Shown piece after piece: positions 37,434-47,362 of a stretch of 64,000 nt of DNA. The notes under the pieces are model-generated. The model worked only from the letters and a program-made list of their open reading frames with translations. It searched no databases and had not been told where the DNA came from. The first letter of the stretch is position 1, and every line of letters starts with the position of its first letter. The DNA is taken from positions 27,682-91,681 of the forward strand of contig JAAESM010000002.1 in NCBI GenBank assembly GCA_024229395.1, in the 5' to 3' direction. The stretch comes from Planctomycetota bacterium. GTDB taxonomy: Bacteria > Planctomycetota > UBA1135. A program made the translations under genes and the position numbers.

Positions 37434-38630
37434 GTGAAAAAATCCAAGCCTCCAATCGCAGATCCTCAATCTGATGAGGACGTTATTGCCTTGTACCCCA
37501 AGGTAAGGGAGCCGCGCTCTACCGACACCTTGGAGTACGTGCACCCTGAAAGAGAGGATGCCCCTGCGATCAAGAATTTGATCAATAAGGTCTTCAAGCT
37601 CGACCGCGACCAAGCCCACCACGATTGGAAGTACTGGGATAACCCCAGTGGCCCGCCAGTTGGCACATTGGTGCGTGAAAGGGAAGGCGGCCGTTGCCTG
37701 GCTACCGGAATTGGCCACCCCCGACGTGCATCGGTAGATGGTCAAGACAGCTGCGCAGCACTCTTGTGCGAGGTGGCTTCAGACCCGGATGAGCGCAACG
37801 GCGGCAGGTTATGGCGCGAAGTCATGATGGGCTTCAGCACCTACACCAACGATGTCGACGGCCTGCACTGGGCTTTCGGTGGTCAATCCACCGATGAAGC
37901 CATCAGGGTTGGCGGTCGCTGGATGGCGTACCGCGTGATCTTCGAGCTGGTTTCATGGGAAGTTCGCCTGAGTTATCGCCCTTCCCTGAAGCGGCACCTT
38001 GGGGAATGGGGCTCCTGGGCGATCCCAATGGTCGCTCCCGTTTTGGATTTCTTGGTCTGGAAATTCTGGAAGGGGCACAACTCCGGGCTTGAGCTGGCTG
38101 AGATCTCGGACTTCAATTCCGATTACGACGACCTGTGGGACCGTTATCGCCACAAGTATCCGGTGTGCTTTTTCCGCGACGCCGCGACCTTGAATTGGCG
38201 CTATGTCGCCAACCCATTGTGGAAGCATCGGATTGTCGAGGCACGGAGAAACGGCGAACTGGTCGGCTATCTGGTTTGGCGCGAAACGGATGACAATGGC
38301 TTCATGGTCGCTACGGTTCTGGATTTCTGGCACGGCGATGATGAAAAAGTCATGGTTGCCTTGATTGCTGAAGCCAGGCGCAAGGCCGCTTCCACGAAGT
38401 GTGTTTCCCTACGCTTTGCATTGAAGGAAGGAAGGCCTGAACACGAGGCCTACGCATCCTTCCATTCGAGTCGCCGCAGCCCCTACGTAGAGGTCGACAG
38501 GGTCATCTGTACGCCAATCCCAGGTTCCCGCCCGGCGGACCAGGATCCAGCGATCTATAAGATGCTGCGCACCGTCTTGACTGGCGACAACTGGTACTAC
38601 ACCCAGGGCGATTGCGATTTCCGCGATTGA
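37434..38630 (+). CDS. GNAT-fold N-acyltransferase-like protein (paralog 2)
   Basis: Same motifs as the upstream paralog; identical C-terminus WYYTQGDCDFRD. Confidence 0.75.
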   Translation: MKKSKPPIADPQSDEDVIALYPKVREPRSTDTLEYVHPEREDAPAIKNLINKVFKLDRDQAHHDWKYWDNPSGPPVGTLVREREGGRCLATGIGHPRRASVDGQDSCAALLCEVASDPDERNGGRLWREVMMGFSTYTNDVDGLHWAFGGQSTDEAIRVGGRWMAYRVIFELVSWEVRLSYRPSLKRHLGEWGSWAIPMVAPVLDFLVWKFWKGHNSGLELAEISDFNSDYDDLWDRYRHKYPVCFFRDAATLNWRYVANPLWKHRIVEARRNGELVGYLVWRETDDNGFMVATVLDFWHGDDEKVMVALIAEARRKAASTKCVSLRFALKEGRPEHEAYASFHSSRRSPYVEVDRVICTPIPGSRPADQDPAIYKMLRTVLTGDNWYYTQGDCDFRD

Positions 38631-38662
38631 ACCCTGTGCGCGGAAAGGATTAGCAGCGCGAA

Positions 38663-39430
38663 CTAGAAGTCGCGACGTCGGAAGCCCCACAAGGCTAAAC
38701 CGTAGAACAACAAGGTCAGGGTTGCCATCCACGCGGCTTCATACCAAGGGATGATCTCGTCGGCGATCGGCATGACCAGGTCCAGGTCGATCCAGTTGTA
38801 TAGCGAGTAGTCCCAAAGATCTTGGACCATATAGATGGCAAGGTGCATCAACATGAAGCCGAGTACCAACATGCCCGCCTTCAAGTGATGACTGAAGCGT
38901 GTGCTCAAGGCCGTGGCGGCGGTGAAGGTCATCAGGATGAAAAGGTAGGAGTAGAGCGTGCCGCGCAGCAGGTTCCACATGTTGAGCGATTCATCCACGG
39001 TTGCGGCCATCGGCACCGTAGCGAAAGCAACCAATAGGAATGGAACGAAAAGCATGACTGCGCCCGTGAGCCAACGCGCGAACAGGATGCGTGCGCGCGA
39101 GACCGGGCGCGAAAGAAGAAGTTCGGCGGTGCGTCGGTCGACTTCGCGCGCAACGATGCCGGTGCCCATCAGGCCGGCGGCGGCGATGCCGAACATGCCA
39201 GCACCCTTATAGAAATGTTGCACGCAGAAGTAGGCCCAGAAACCATGCTGCTCAAAGGCGCGCACGAAATTCTGAATCGGCTCAAAGGGGATGAACTTGA
39301 TCATCTCCGGAAAGTTGTCGCGCATCTCTGGCCAATACAAGGTGCCGGCCAACATATTCAACGCCAACAGCATGGTGTAGCCCACCATTAAGAAGCGCTG
39401 CTCGCGGAAGTAGTGCCAGGCGAGATTCAT
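38663..39430 (-). CDS. ABC-2 type transporter permease
   Basis: About six TM helices; AREVDRRTAELLLSRPVSR motif. Confidence 0.9.
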   Translation of the reverse strand: MNLAWHYFREQRFLMVGYTMLLALNMLAGTLYWPEMRDNFPEMIKFIPFEPIQNFVRAFEQHGFWAYFCVQHFYKGAGMFGIAAAGLMGTGIVAREVDRRTAELLLSRPVSRARILFARWLTGAVMLFVPFLLVAFATVPMAATVDESLNMWNLLRGTLYSYLFILMTFTAATALSTRFSHHLKAGMLVLGFMLMHLAIYMVQDLWDYSLYNWIDLDLVMPIADEIIPWYEAAWMATLTLLFYGLALWGFRRRDF

Positions 39431-40290
39431 GCGCCGCGCTCCTTGCCGCTTTGGTCGGCATCGCCGCTGCGGTCACTGCCTTTTTCAGGTCCGTACAGCG
39501 CGTCGAAGACTTCCTCCAATTTGCCGTGATAGTTCAACTGCCAATCGGTTCCTTCACCGGTCCACGAGAGATTGGAACTCTTCGGAAGAGACTGCGCATC
39601 GAGTGGTTCGCGCAAGGCTAGCTTCACGGTGTGCCCCGCGCGCTCAAGGATGCTGGCAACAGTGTCACACTCGAGCAACTTGCCATTGCGCAGGAAGGCT
39701 ACGCGATTGCAGACGCGCTCCACACTGGCTAAGTCATGGGAGGAAAAGAAGATCGTCTTGCCTTGTGCCGACGCTTCTTCAAGGATCGTTTCCAGCTCGC
39801 GACGTGCTTCCGGATCCAATCCTTCCATCGGTTCATCCAGAAGGATAATCGGCGTGCCGCTGCAGATCGCCTGGGTCAGCAGCAACTTGCGTTTCATGCC
39901 GTGACTCAAAGCGCGCACCTTGCGCTTATGCGGCAAGCCGAAGGAATCGAGCATGCCATGGGCGCGATCAAGTTCGGCGTTCTTGTGGAAGGCCAATGCG
40001 AAGTCAAGCATGGCGCGCACCGTCATCGAGTCGTACATCGCCGTCTCGCTCGGGGCATAAGCGCACAAACGTCGGGCGGCAAGTGGTTGCTTGACCGCAT
40101 CTACATCGCCAAGGCGAATGCTGCCGGAATCGATCCGCGCCAGGCCTAGTAGGCATTTCAGGAAGGTGGTCTTGCCGGCGCCGTTGGGGCCAACGAAGCC
40201 GAAGATCTCTCCCTTTTCGACATTGATGGTCACGCCGGCCAACACGGGTTGGGCGGCGTAACTCTTATGAATGTCGGTGGCGGACAGCAC
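39427..40290 (-). CDS. ABC transporter ATP-binding protein
   Basis: GPNGAGKTT, LSHGM, LLDEP, SSH. Confidence 0.95.
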   Translation of the reverse strand: MLSATDIHKSYAAQPVLAGVTINVEKGEIFGFVGPNGAGKTTFLKCLLGLARIDSGSIRLGDVDAVKQPLAARRLCAYAPSETAMYDSMTVRAMLDFALAFHKNAELDRAHGMLDSFGLPHKRKVRALSHGMKRKLLLTQAICSGTPIILLDEPMEGLDPEARRELETILEEASAQGKTIFFSSHDLASVERVCNRVAFLRNGKLLECDTVASILERAGHTVKLALREPLDAQSLPKSSNLSWTGEGTDWQLNYHGKLEEVFDALYGPEKGSDRSGDADQSGKERGA

Positions 40291-42845
40291 TACGCATGAT
40301 TGTACGCTGTGGGCTCGTCCGACGCTGCCTCAAGGCTGATGCCCTTGTCGGTAGCGTCGACCTTGACCCTATGCACACCCTCCAGTTCACCGGCAAGTAG
40401 CTTGGTGGACAATGGGTTGAGCAATTCACGCTGCAGCAATCGGCGCAGTGGCCGGGCACCGAAGTCATGGTCGTAACCATGCTCGGCGAACCATTCACGC
40501 GCTGCGGCAGTGACCTGCAGGCCCAACTGGTTGTTGTGCATCATGCGCTCCTCGAGTTGATGCAACTGCAGATTGACGATCCGTACGATTACCTCACGTG
40601 GCAGCGGTTCGAAGACCAGCACTTCATCAAGACGGTTGATGAACTCCGGGCGGAAGTGCATCTTCAACTGCTCCATGCTGCGGATGTTGGAAGTCATCAC
40701 CAACAAGGTGTTGCGGAAATCGACCGTGCGACCTTTGCTATCGGTGAGGCGACCGTCATCAAGAACTTGCAACAGGGTGTTGAAAACATCCGGGTGCGCC
40801 TTCTCGATCTCGTCGAACAGCACCACTGCATACGGATGACGACGCACCGCTTCGGTGAGTTGTCCGCCTTCATCATGACCGATGTATCCCGGAGGCGCAC
40901 CGATCAAACGAGCGACGGTGTGCTTCTCTTGATACTCGGACATGTCCAAGCGGATCATGCTGTGCGGATCGCCGAACAACTCACCACTGATTGCCTTGCA
41001 CAACTCGGTCTTACCGACACCGGTCGGACCAAGGAACACAAAGCTTCCGAGCGGACGTTCTTCATCTTGCAAACCTGCACGTGCACGACGCACGGTCTCC
41101 GCGACCGCTTGCGCCGCGTGATCTTGCCCGATCACATGTTGTTGGAGTGATTCCTCCAAACGTAACAAGCGTTGACGTTCGGTATCGAGCATGCGATCCA
41201 CCGGAATGCCAGTCCACGCTGCCACAACGGCAGCAATCTCTTCGCTGCCGACATCTTGGCTCAGTAGCGGTGCATCGCCTTGCAGCTCCTTTAGTTCGGC
41301 AGTGCTCCTCTCGACAATCTGCTCAAGGTCCGGAATCTCTCCGAAACGAATGCGTCCGACTTCTTCCAAGTCACCGCTGCGCTCCAGCTGTTCCGCACGC
41401 GTGCGCAACTTCTCAATCGAGCTGCTCGCTTCCTGGATGGCGTCGAGCTTTTCCTTCTCGTTATGCCAACGTGCGCGCAACACCTGCGCCTGTTCATCCA
41501 CACCAGCGCGCTCCTCTTCGAGGGTAGCAATCTTCGCTTTTGCATCGCCACCGCCTTCCGCTTCCAGACCAGCTTGTTCGATCTGAATCCGGCGGATGCG
41601 TCTTTCCAAGACATCCAATTCGGCAGGCATGGAATCGAGCTCCAAGCGCAAACAACTCAAGGCCTCATCCATCGCATCGATTGCCTTATCAGGCAACTGA
41701 CGATCGGAGATGTAGCGGTTCGACAACTCAGCTGCAGCAACCAGCGCGGCGTCGGTGATTCTCACACCATGGTGCACTTCGTAGCGCTCTTGCAATCCAC
41801 GCAAGATCGCAATGGTGTCGGCGACGTCGGGTTCTTCAATGCGCACCGGTTGGAAACGACGTTCCAAGGCTGCATCTTTCTCGATGTACTTGCGGTACTC
41901 GCCATAGGTCGTGGCACCGATGCAGCGCAACTCGCCACGCGCCAATGCTGGCTTCAACAAGTTGGCGGCATCGACCGCGCCTTCCGATGCACCAGCGCCG
42001 ACCATGGTGTGCAGTTCATCAATGAACAACACAACCTCGCCGCTGGAATCCTGCACCTCTTTGAGAACCGCCTTCAAACGCTCCTCGAATTCACCGCGGT
42101 ACTTCGCACCTGCCAACAAGGCACCAAGATCCAATGCAAGTAGGCGCCGCTTCTGCAGCCCAGTGGGTACATCCCCGGCAACGATCCGCAGCGCCAGTCC
42201 CTCGGCGACCGCGGTCTTTCCTACCCCTGGCTCACCTACAAGCACTGGATTGTTCTTGGTACGACGCGACAGAATCTGCATGACTCGGCGCACCTCCTCG
42301 TCACGGCCGATGACCGGATCGAGGCGGCCCTCCCGCGCCAGAGCAGTTAGATCCTGTGCGTACTTTTTGAGTGCTTCATCCTGGGATTCAGGGTGATCAT
42401 TCGTCACCTTGCGATCGCCACGGATTTCGCTGACGGCGTTGCGGACGACGTCGGCGTTGAGGCCTGAGTCGTTCAGGGCCTTGCCAAGAGGGGAGTCTGC
42501 CGTGACCAACGCCATCAACAGATGCTCGGTGGACAGGTATTCATCGCCGTTGGCGGTGCGGGCGGCGTCGGCAGCCTGCAGCAAGAAGGAGAGTTCCTGA
42601 GAACCACGCAGATCGCTGCCTTCGACGCGCGGCAACTTGGCCAGCGCATCTTCAGCGTGGGATCCACACAACGCGGGGGCAATACCAAGCTTGGCCAACA
42701 GCGAAAGTACAAGCCCATTCTGTTGTTCCAGCAAGGCAAGGAGCAAGTGCGCCGGGTGAACCTCACCGTGCGAGTGTGCTCGAGCGACCTGTTCGCAGGC
42801 CCGCACAGCCTCGCGAGTCTTTTGCGTCCATTGTTCTGGGTTCAT
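40290..42845 (-). CDS. clpB: ATP-dependent chaperone ClpB
   Basis: Two AAA+ modules ([16 protein letters not shown]), coiled-coil middle domain, Clp N-repeats; GGAGG SD before ATG 42845. Confidence 0.97.
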   Translation of the reverse strand: MNPEQWTQKTREAVRACEQVARAHSHGEVHPAHLLLALLEQQNGLVLSLLAKLGIAPALCGSHAEDALAKLPRVEGSDLRGSQELSFLLQAADAARTANGDEYLSTEHLLMALVTADSPLGKALNDSGLNADVVRNAVSEIRGDRKVTNDHPESQDEALKKYAQDLTALAREGRLDPVIGRDEEVRRVMQILSRRTKNNPVLVGEPGVGKTAVAEGLALRIVAGDVPTGLQKRRLLALDLGALLAGAKYRGEFEERLKAVLKEVQDSSGEVVLFIDELHTMVGAGASEGAVDAANLLKPALARGELRCIGATTYGEYRKYIEKDAALERRFQPVRIEEPDVADTIAILRGLQERYEVHHGVRITDAALVAAAELSNRYISDRQLPDKAIDAMDEALSCLRLELDSMPAELDVLERRIRRIQIEQAGLEAEGGGDAKAKIATLEEERAGVDEQAQVLRARWHNEKEKLDAIQEASSSIEKLRTRAEQLERSGDLEEVGRIRFGEIPDLEQIVERSTAELKELQGDAPLLSQDVGSEEIAAVVAAWTGIPVDRMLDTERQRLLRLEESLQQHVIGQDHAAQAVAETVRRARAGLQDEERPLGSFVFLGPTGVGKTELCKAISGELFGDPHSMIRLDMSEYQEKHTVARLIGAPPGYIGHDEGGQLTEAVRRHPYAVVLFDEIEKAHPDVFNTLLQVLDDGRLTDSKGRTVDFRNTLLVMTSNIRSMEQLKMHFRPEFINRLDEVLVFEPLPREVIVRIVNLQLHQLEERMMHNNQLGLQVTAAAREWFAEHGYDHDFGARPLRRLLQRELLNPLSTKLLAGELEGVHRVKVDATDKGISLEAASDEPTAYNHA

Positions 42846-42898
42846 CTTTCCTCCTATTGCTTGGTCGGCCAAAGGGCGGCCAACGTCCGATAACATTG

Positions 42899-42915
42899 AG
42901 CAAGCGCCGGGCCAA
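42899..42915 (-). promoter_or_regulatory. Putative sigma-54 (-24/-12) promoter of clpB
   Basis: Minus strand TTGGCCCGGCGCTTGCT has exact GG-N10-GC spacing. Confidence 0.65.
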
Positions 42916-42960
42916 CAAAAGTCTGCCAATATGACATGCCGTTGCTGCGTACACTCCGGC

Positions 42961-43479
42961 ATGGACGAAATGGTCTACCTCCTCTGCACGATCGGCACCC
43001 TGCTTTTTGCCGGTCTAGGGGCCCTTTTGATCCCTTTTGGCCTGCCTGGCACTTGGATGATTGCGGCGGTTGGCCTGCTTGGTCCGACTATGGGCCTTGG
43101 TTGGGTCCCATTCTTCGTCCTGGTCGCCGCCGCAGGGGTAGGAGAAATCCTTGAACTCCTTTCTGCCACGAAAGTTACGAAGAAAGCGGGAGCCGGGAAA
43201 GCCGGCATGTGGGGGTGTTTGATCGGTGGAATCGTGGGGGCGGTCGTAGGCACTCCGCTGATCCCAATTCCCATTATTGGCACCCTATTGGGCTCCGCTT
43301 TTGGCGCATTGGCAGGCGCGATTTTCTTTGAAATGCTCTTCGCCAGCAAGGAAACGCATGAGCTGATGGACATCGGCGTAGGTGCCTTCTTAGGGGTCTT
43401 GCTGGGTAAAATCCTGAAGATGACCATAGGAGCCCTCCAAGTCGTTTATTGGTCTTTGGTCGTGTTTGGCTTGCTTTAG
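42961..43479 (+). CDS. DUF456 family membrane protein
   Basis: LPGTW, K.AGA.KAG.WG..IGG, G..G.GAFLG...G...K pattern. Confidence 0.85.
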   Translation: MDEMVYLLCTIGTLLFAGLGALLIPFGLPGTWMIAAVGLLGPTMGLGWVPFFVLVAAAGVGEILELLSATKVTKKAGAGKAGMWGCLIGGIVGAVVGTPLIPIPIIGTLLGSAFGALAGAIFFEMLFASKETHELMDIGVGAFLGVLLGKILKMTIGALQVVYWSLVVFGLL

Positions 43480-43588
43480 GCCAAATGGAGCCAACCAGTA
43501 AACACGTGGGCCGTACACATTGAGCCTCCCGGGATTTTCGCAGCCGCGGTACAATCTCGAACCCCATTCCACTCCAGAAACAGCACAC

Positions 43589-44386
43589 ATGTTTAATAAA
43601 GCAATCCTTTTCGGCGCAGTAGCACTTGCAGGCGCCGCACCACTGTCCGCGCAAGAAGATGTCGCGGAAGCAGCCCCAGTAAACAAGGCTACTCAGGCAA
43701 TCGTCAAGAACGTGCCTAAGATCCTTGATTCCTCCTTCCAAGCCACCTTTGCGATTGATGTCTTCAACAAGAGCCAAGAGAATGAGCAGTCCATGAACTT
43801 CACCGTGAAGTTCCAGGACATGAAGCACTGGGCTTTGGATATCGCAGTCACCGCCGAAGACGAGTTCGAGGGTGAAGTCACCCAGAAGTTCACCGTCATG
43901 GCTGACGGTTCTTATCTTTACCTTGATTCCCCAGACATGGCTACGGTGTCCCAGGGTTTCTTGAACGGCCCAGCTAAGTTGGAGCTCGCATTCGTCGAGA
44001 AGATGATGAAGTCCGAGATGGGCTTCGATCTGAACGATGGCGCAGCAGCCAAGTCCAAGATGACCGAGGCACTCGGCGGCCTGAGCTTCAAGGAAGATGG
44101 TTCCACCGAAGGCAAGCGTCGCTTCCTGATCGACCAAGAGCCAGTCACTGGTTTCATGGTGTTCAACTCCAAGAATTGGTTATTGGACAATGCAGAAGTC
44201 AACTCCGAAGGCATGAAGACTGTGGTCAAGGCCAGCGATTCTTCCAAGGTTAAGGAATGGCCAGAAGGCACCTTTACCTTCAAGCCTGCTGAAGGCGTTG
44301 TCGTTACCGATGTGACCTCCATGCTTCAGGGCATGATGGGCGGCCTGCCTGGTACCTCAGAGACCGAAGAAAACCTCGAGTTCTAA
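43589..44386 (+). CDS. Secreted LolA-fold-like protein (array member 1)
   Basis: SPI signal (..PLSA-Q); ADGSYLYL; C-terminal PEGTFTFKPAEGVVVTD resembling the LolA tail. Confidence 0.6.
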   Translation: MFNKAILFGAVALAGAAPLSAQEDVAEAAPVNKATQAIVKNVPKILDSSFQATFAIDVFNKSQENEQSMNFTVKFQDMKHWALDIAVTAEDEFEGEVTQKFTVMADGSYLYLDSPDMATVSQGFLNGPAKLELAFVEKMMKSEMGFDLNDGAAAKSKMTEALGGLSFKEDGSTEGKRRFLIDQEPVTGFMVFNSKNWLLDNAEVNSEGMKTVVKASDSSKVKEWPEGTFTFKPAEGVVVTDVTSMLQGMMGGLPGTSETEENLEF

Positions 44387-44405
44387 GTTCGGTTCACACC
44401 CACCC

Positions 44406-44443
44406 GGCGGGTGCCCCAGATCCGGGGCACCCGCCCTTTTTTT
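44406..44443 (+). terminator. Intrinsic terminator
   Basis: GGCGGGTGCCCC-agatcc-GGGGCACCCGCC followed by a T7 run. Confidence 0.88.
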
Positions 44444-44446
44444 GCC

Positions 44447-45457
44447 ATGAAGATTCACCTCAGCTTTCTACTGCTTGCATTCGCTGCTTACACCGGACCT
44501 GCAGCCAACCCCGATCCATTGGCGTCGGGCTTGCAGAACTCGACGCAGGTCAACACCGAGCCCGAGACCTATGCCGAATGGGCAGAGAGCTTGCCGGTCC
44601 ACTCCTTGGATTCGACCGCGTTCCGCACCAGTGCGCAAGGCAAGATCGCAGTGAAGATTCAGGAAGATGGCATGGCCATAGACCTGGATATCCAGCTCGG
44701 TGTCGAGATGGACTATCTCGACCTGCGCCATTTCTGCGAAGATATTTGGGTGTATGTGGCGCTGCCTGATATCCCAGATTTTGCCGGCTTCAGTGAGATG
44801 AACTTCGCCATCAAGATTCTGGCCGACGGCGACAAACTATTCATTACCCCCGAGTTCCAAGATGATCTCCTTGGCGCTCAGGTCAAGGCCGCAGGCATTG
44901 GCATCGAAGACACGACGATGACCTTGGACATCGAGTTGTTCGAGGAGCTGATGAAGCTCTACTGGGTTGCCTTGGAAGAGGTCGACGTGGACCTGTCCGC
45001 CTTCTTGCCCGAGGGCATGAGTGTCGATGAGTTCTTCGAGCGTGGCCTCAATTCTGCCGGTTGGGCGCGCGCTTACATGATGACCTCGGACATCCTCGAC
45101 TTCGTCGTGGACAGCAATGAGGTTCGCATCAAGGCACAGATGAAAGAGGAGCTGCTCGGCAATGCCTTGTTGCTCAGTCCCGGCCAGAGTGAAAGCCTAG
45201 ATGGCTTCACTTATGAGATGAGTTTCAATCGTTACACGGGATTGCCGACCAGCATGGAAATGAACATGCCGGTCGACGAGATGGTGCAGATGGACTTCGC
45301 TGAGTTCGAAATGGGTGCCGACCTGTTCGGCCCAGAACAGTTCAGCTCAGCGCATTTGGATCAACGGAACTTCTTCCCGGTAGATACTTTCATTCAGATG
45401 GCGTTGGCTTCAATGCAGGCAACCATGCACGATGACAATGGCGACATGGCCTTCTAG
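44447..45457 (+). CDS. Secreted acidic hypothetical protein, LolA/LppX-fold-like (array member 2)
   Basis: Signal peptide; ILADGDKLFI; FNRYTGLP; ends GDMAF. Confidence 0.55.
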   Translation: MKIHLSFLLLAFAAYTGPAANPDPLASGLQNSTQVNTEPETYAEWAESLPVHSLDSTAFRTSAQGKIAVKIQEDGMAIDLDIQLGVEMDYLDLRHFCEDIWVYVALPDIPDFAGFSEMNFAIKILADGDKLFITPEFQDDLLGAQVKAAGIGIEDTTMTLDIELFEELMKLYWVALEEVDVDLSAFLPEGMSVDEFFERGLNSAGWARAYMMTSDILDFVVDSNEVRIKAQMKEELLGNALLLSPGQSESLDGFTYEMSFNRYTGLPTSMEMNMPVDEMVQMDFAEFEMGADLFGPEQFSSAHLDQRNFFPVDTFIQMALASMQATMHDDNGDMAF

Positions 45458-45464
45458 TTGGCGG

Positions 45465-46298
45465 GTGAACCCTGCCCGGATCACTTGCCTTTGCCTCGTT
45501 GCCGCAATCACTTCATGCGGCGACAACCCAGCTCCGTCTTCAGGGTCCGAATCCGATTCGCGTTCCGCGATTGATCTCGCCGACGCGGACTCCGCCCAGG
45601 ATTGGTTGCAGGTCGCGCGAGCTGATCTGGATTTGGCACGACGCTCTGCCTACACCAGCGCTTCGGTGCGCAGTGGATCGCAGCGCGGCCGCTTGGTCTT
45701 TGAGGACCGCACACATTTCCTGATCCGCTCGATTATTCCTGTCGCTTCCACCAGCAGCGATGGCGACACGGCGGATACCGAATTCGAAGTGGTACGCGCC
45801 GTCGATGGCAAGGAGCTACGCATCCTTTTGCCTGCGGTCTTGGGCACTGCATCCAGCGTTGCAGTGTTCCCCGTGAGCCGTTTCGAGGAACTTGCCAAGC
45901 TGCGACCAGGGCATTCCCTGCACCGCTTTCGGCTCGAAGCCTTGAACCCGGTACTGATGGCTCAAGCCTTGGTGGATGCCTGCAGTAATGCAGAGGATTC
46001 CTCACAAGAATCCGGCACCCAACACTTGATCGCGGATCTTCAAGCCGAAGACTTGCGCAGCCTAGGCGTGATCGACCTGAACGATCGCGAAGAAAGCTTC
46101 AAACTGCAGGTTCACGTCGACACCAAGACCGGTAAGTTTTTAGGATTGAAAGTGTCTGGCGCCAGCAGCGAAGCGATTCGATTTCAGCTGCAATTCACTG
46201 ACCTTTCGTCGGACTCGCGTCTGCACGAAGAGGGTTTTACTCTTACCATTCCGCCAGGCTATGACATCGTCGACCTGGCTCAGCAACTCTCCCGCTAA
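45465..46298 (+). CDS. Lipoprotein, LolA-fold-like (array member 3)
   Basis: Lipobox ITSC; VDGKELRI; VDTKTG; FTLTIPPGYDIVDL. Confidence 0.6.
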   Translation: MNPARITCLCLVAAITSCGDNPAPSSGSESDSRSAIDLADADSAQDWLQVARADLDLARRSAYTSASVRSGSQRGRLVFEDRTHFLIRSIIPVASTSSDGDTADTEFEVVRAVDGKELRILLPAVLGTASSVAVFPVSRFEELAKLRPGHSLHRFRLEALNPVLMAQALVDACSNAEDSSQESGTQHLIADLQAEDLRSLGVIDLNDREESFKLQVHVDTKTGKFLGLKVSGASSEAIRFQLQFTDLSSDSRLHEEGFTLTIPPGYDIVDLAQQLSR

Positions 46299-46310
46299 TT
46301 CCCTCCCAAG

Positions 46311-47360
46311 ATGAAATTCATTCTGCCATTACTTTCCACCGCATTGTTCCTATCGTGCGCCGCACAACCGAAGTTCAAGGACATCACCTTGGAAGGCGCC
46401 GCCGCCGACACGGCATTCCACGAGTGGTCGGCTGCCTTGCCGGCGGAGTTCACCTACCCAGTGGAGTATCGCTTTGACATGAGCGTTGGCATGCAGGGAA
46501 TCTCTGGCCTTGAAGATCAAGAGGCCGTGTTCAAGTTAGGTTCCGATACCTCCATGGTCTCGTCATGGGAGTACCGGACGCAGTCCAAGATTTCGATCGA
46601 AGTCATGGGACAAGAGATTGCGATCAACATCGGCGCAGAATCCAACGCCGAGGAACTGCGCATCTCGTTGGACAACATGGAGTTCATCGCCATGCAGCTC
46701 GGCGTGGACTTGCCCTCTGGCGTGAGCCTGTCGACCGTTCGCGTGGAGAAGCTCTGGGACGTAATCATGCGCCTGACCGAAATCTCGTTTGAGACCCTCG
46801 ATGGCTTCGAAGACGTCGCCACCTTCACCGAAAGCCTCACTGGATTCGGTGACTTTGCGCACCCGATGCTGAACTCGCGCTACCTGTCCATGTCGCCAAT
46901 GCTAAGCGCAGGCCGTTGGCAGATCGAAGGCGAGCAGGTCCATGTGCGCTTCGACCTCAACCAGGATCTGTTCCTGGAGATGATGACCGATCCGGCCCTC
47001 GCTGAGTTAGGCGTTGACTTGAATGCGGTCGCGCAGACCGCCAAGGAAATGGAGATGAACTCCATCTTCAACGTCTACGATGGAACCATGACCAGCATGA
47101 CAGTCAATGCGTCCTTCAATGCAGAAGATGAATTCGGCGATCCCGTGCCGATTTCCGTGGCCATGCGCTTTGAGAACTCGCCACTGCTTGAGCCGGTCGC
47201 CCCAATCGAGTTCTCCGATCCAAGTACTGCCATGGATCTGAACGTCTACTTCGACGAGTACTGGCCGATGGTCGAAGGCATGATGCCTATGATCGAAAGC
47301 ATGATGCGCCAGGAGATGGGCAACGCCTCGTCCGACGGCGGCGAAGACTTCGAGTTCTAA
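46311..47360 (+). CDS. Acidic lipoprotein, LolA/LppX-fold-like (array member 4)
   Basis: Lipobox FLSC; DLNVYFDEYWPM; ends EDFEF. Confidence 0.6.
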   Translation: MKFILPLLSTALFLSCAAQPKFKDITLEGAAADTAFHEWSAALPAEFTYPVEYRFDMSVGMQGISGLEDQEAVFKLGSDTSMVSSWEYRTQSKISIEVMGQEIAINIGAESNAEELRISLDNMEFIAMQLGVDLPSGVSLSTVRVEKLWDVIMRLTEISFETLDGFEDVATFTESLTGFGDFAHPMLNSRYLSMSPMLSAGRWQIEGEQVHVRFDLNQDLFLEMMTDPALAELGVDLNAVAQTAKEMEMNSIFNVYDGTMTSMTVNASFNAEDEFGDPVPISVAMRFENSPLLEPVAPIEFSDPSTAMDLNVYFDEYWPMVEGMMPMIESMMRQEMGNASSDGGEDFEF

Positions 47361-47362
47361 TC

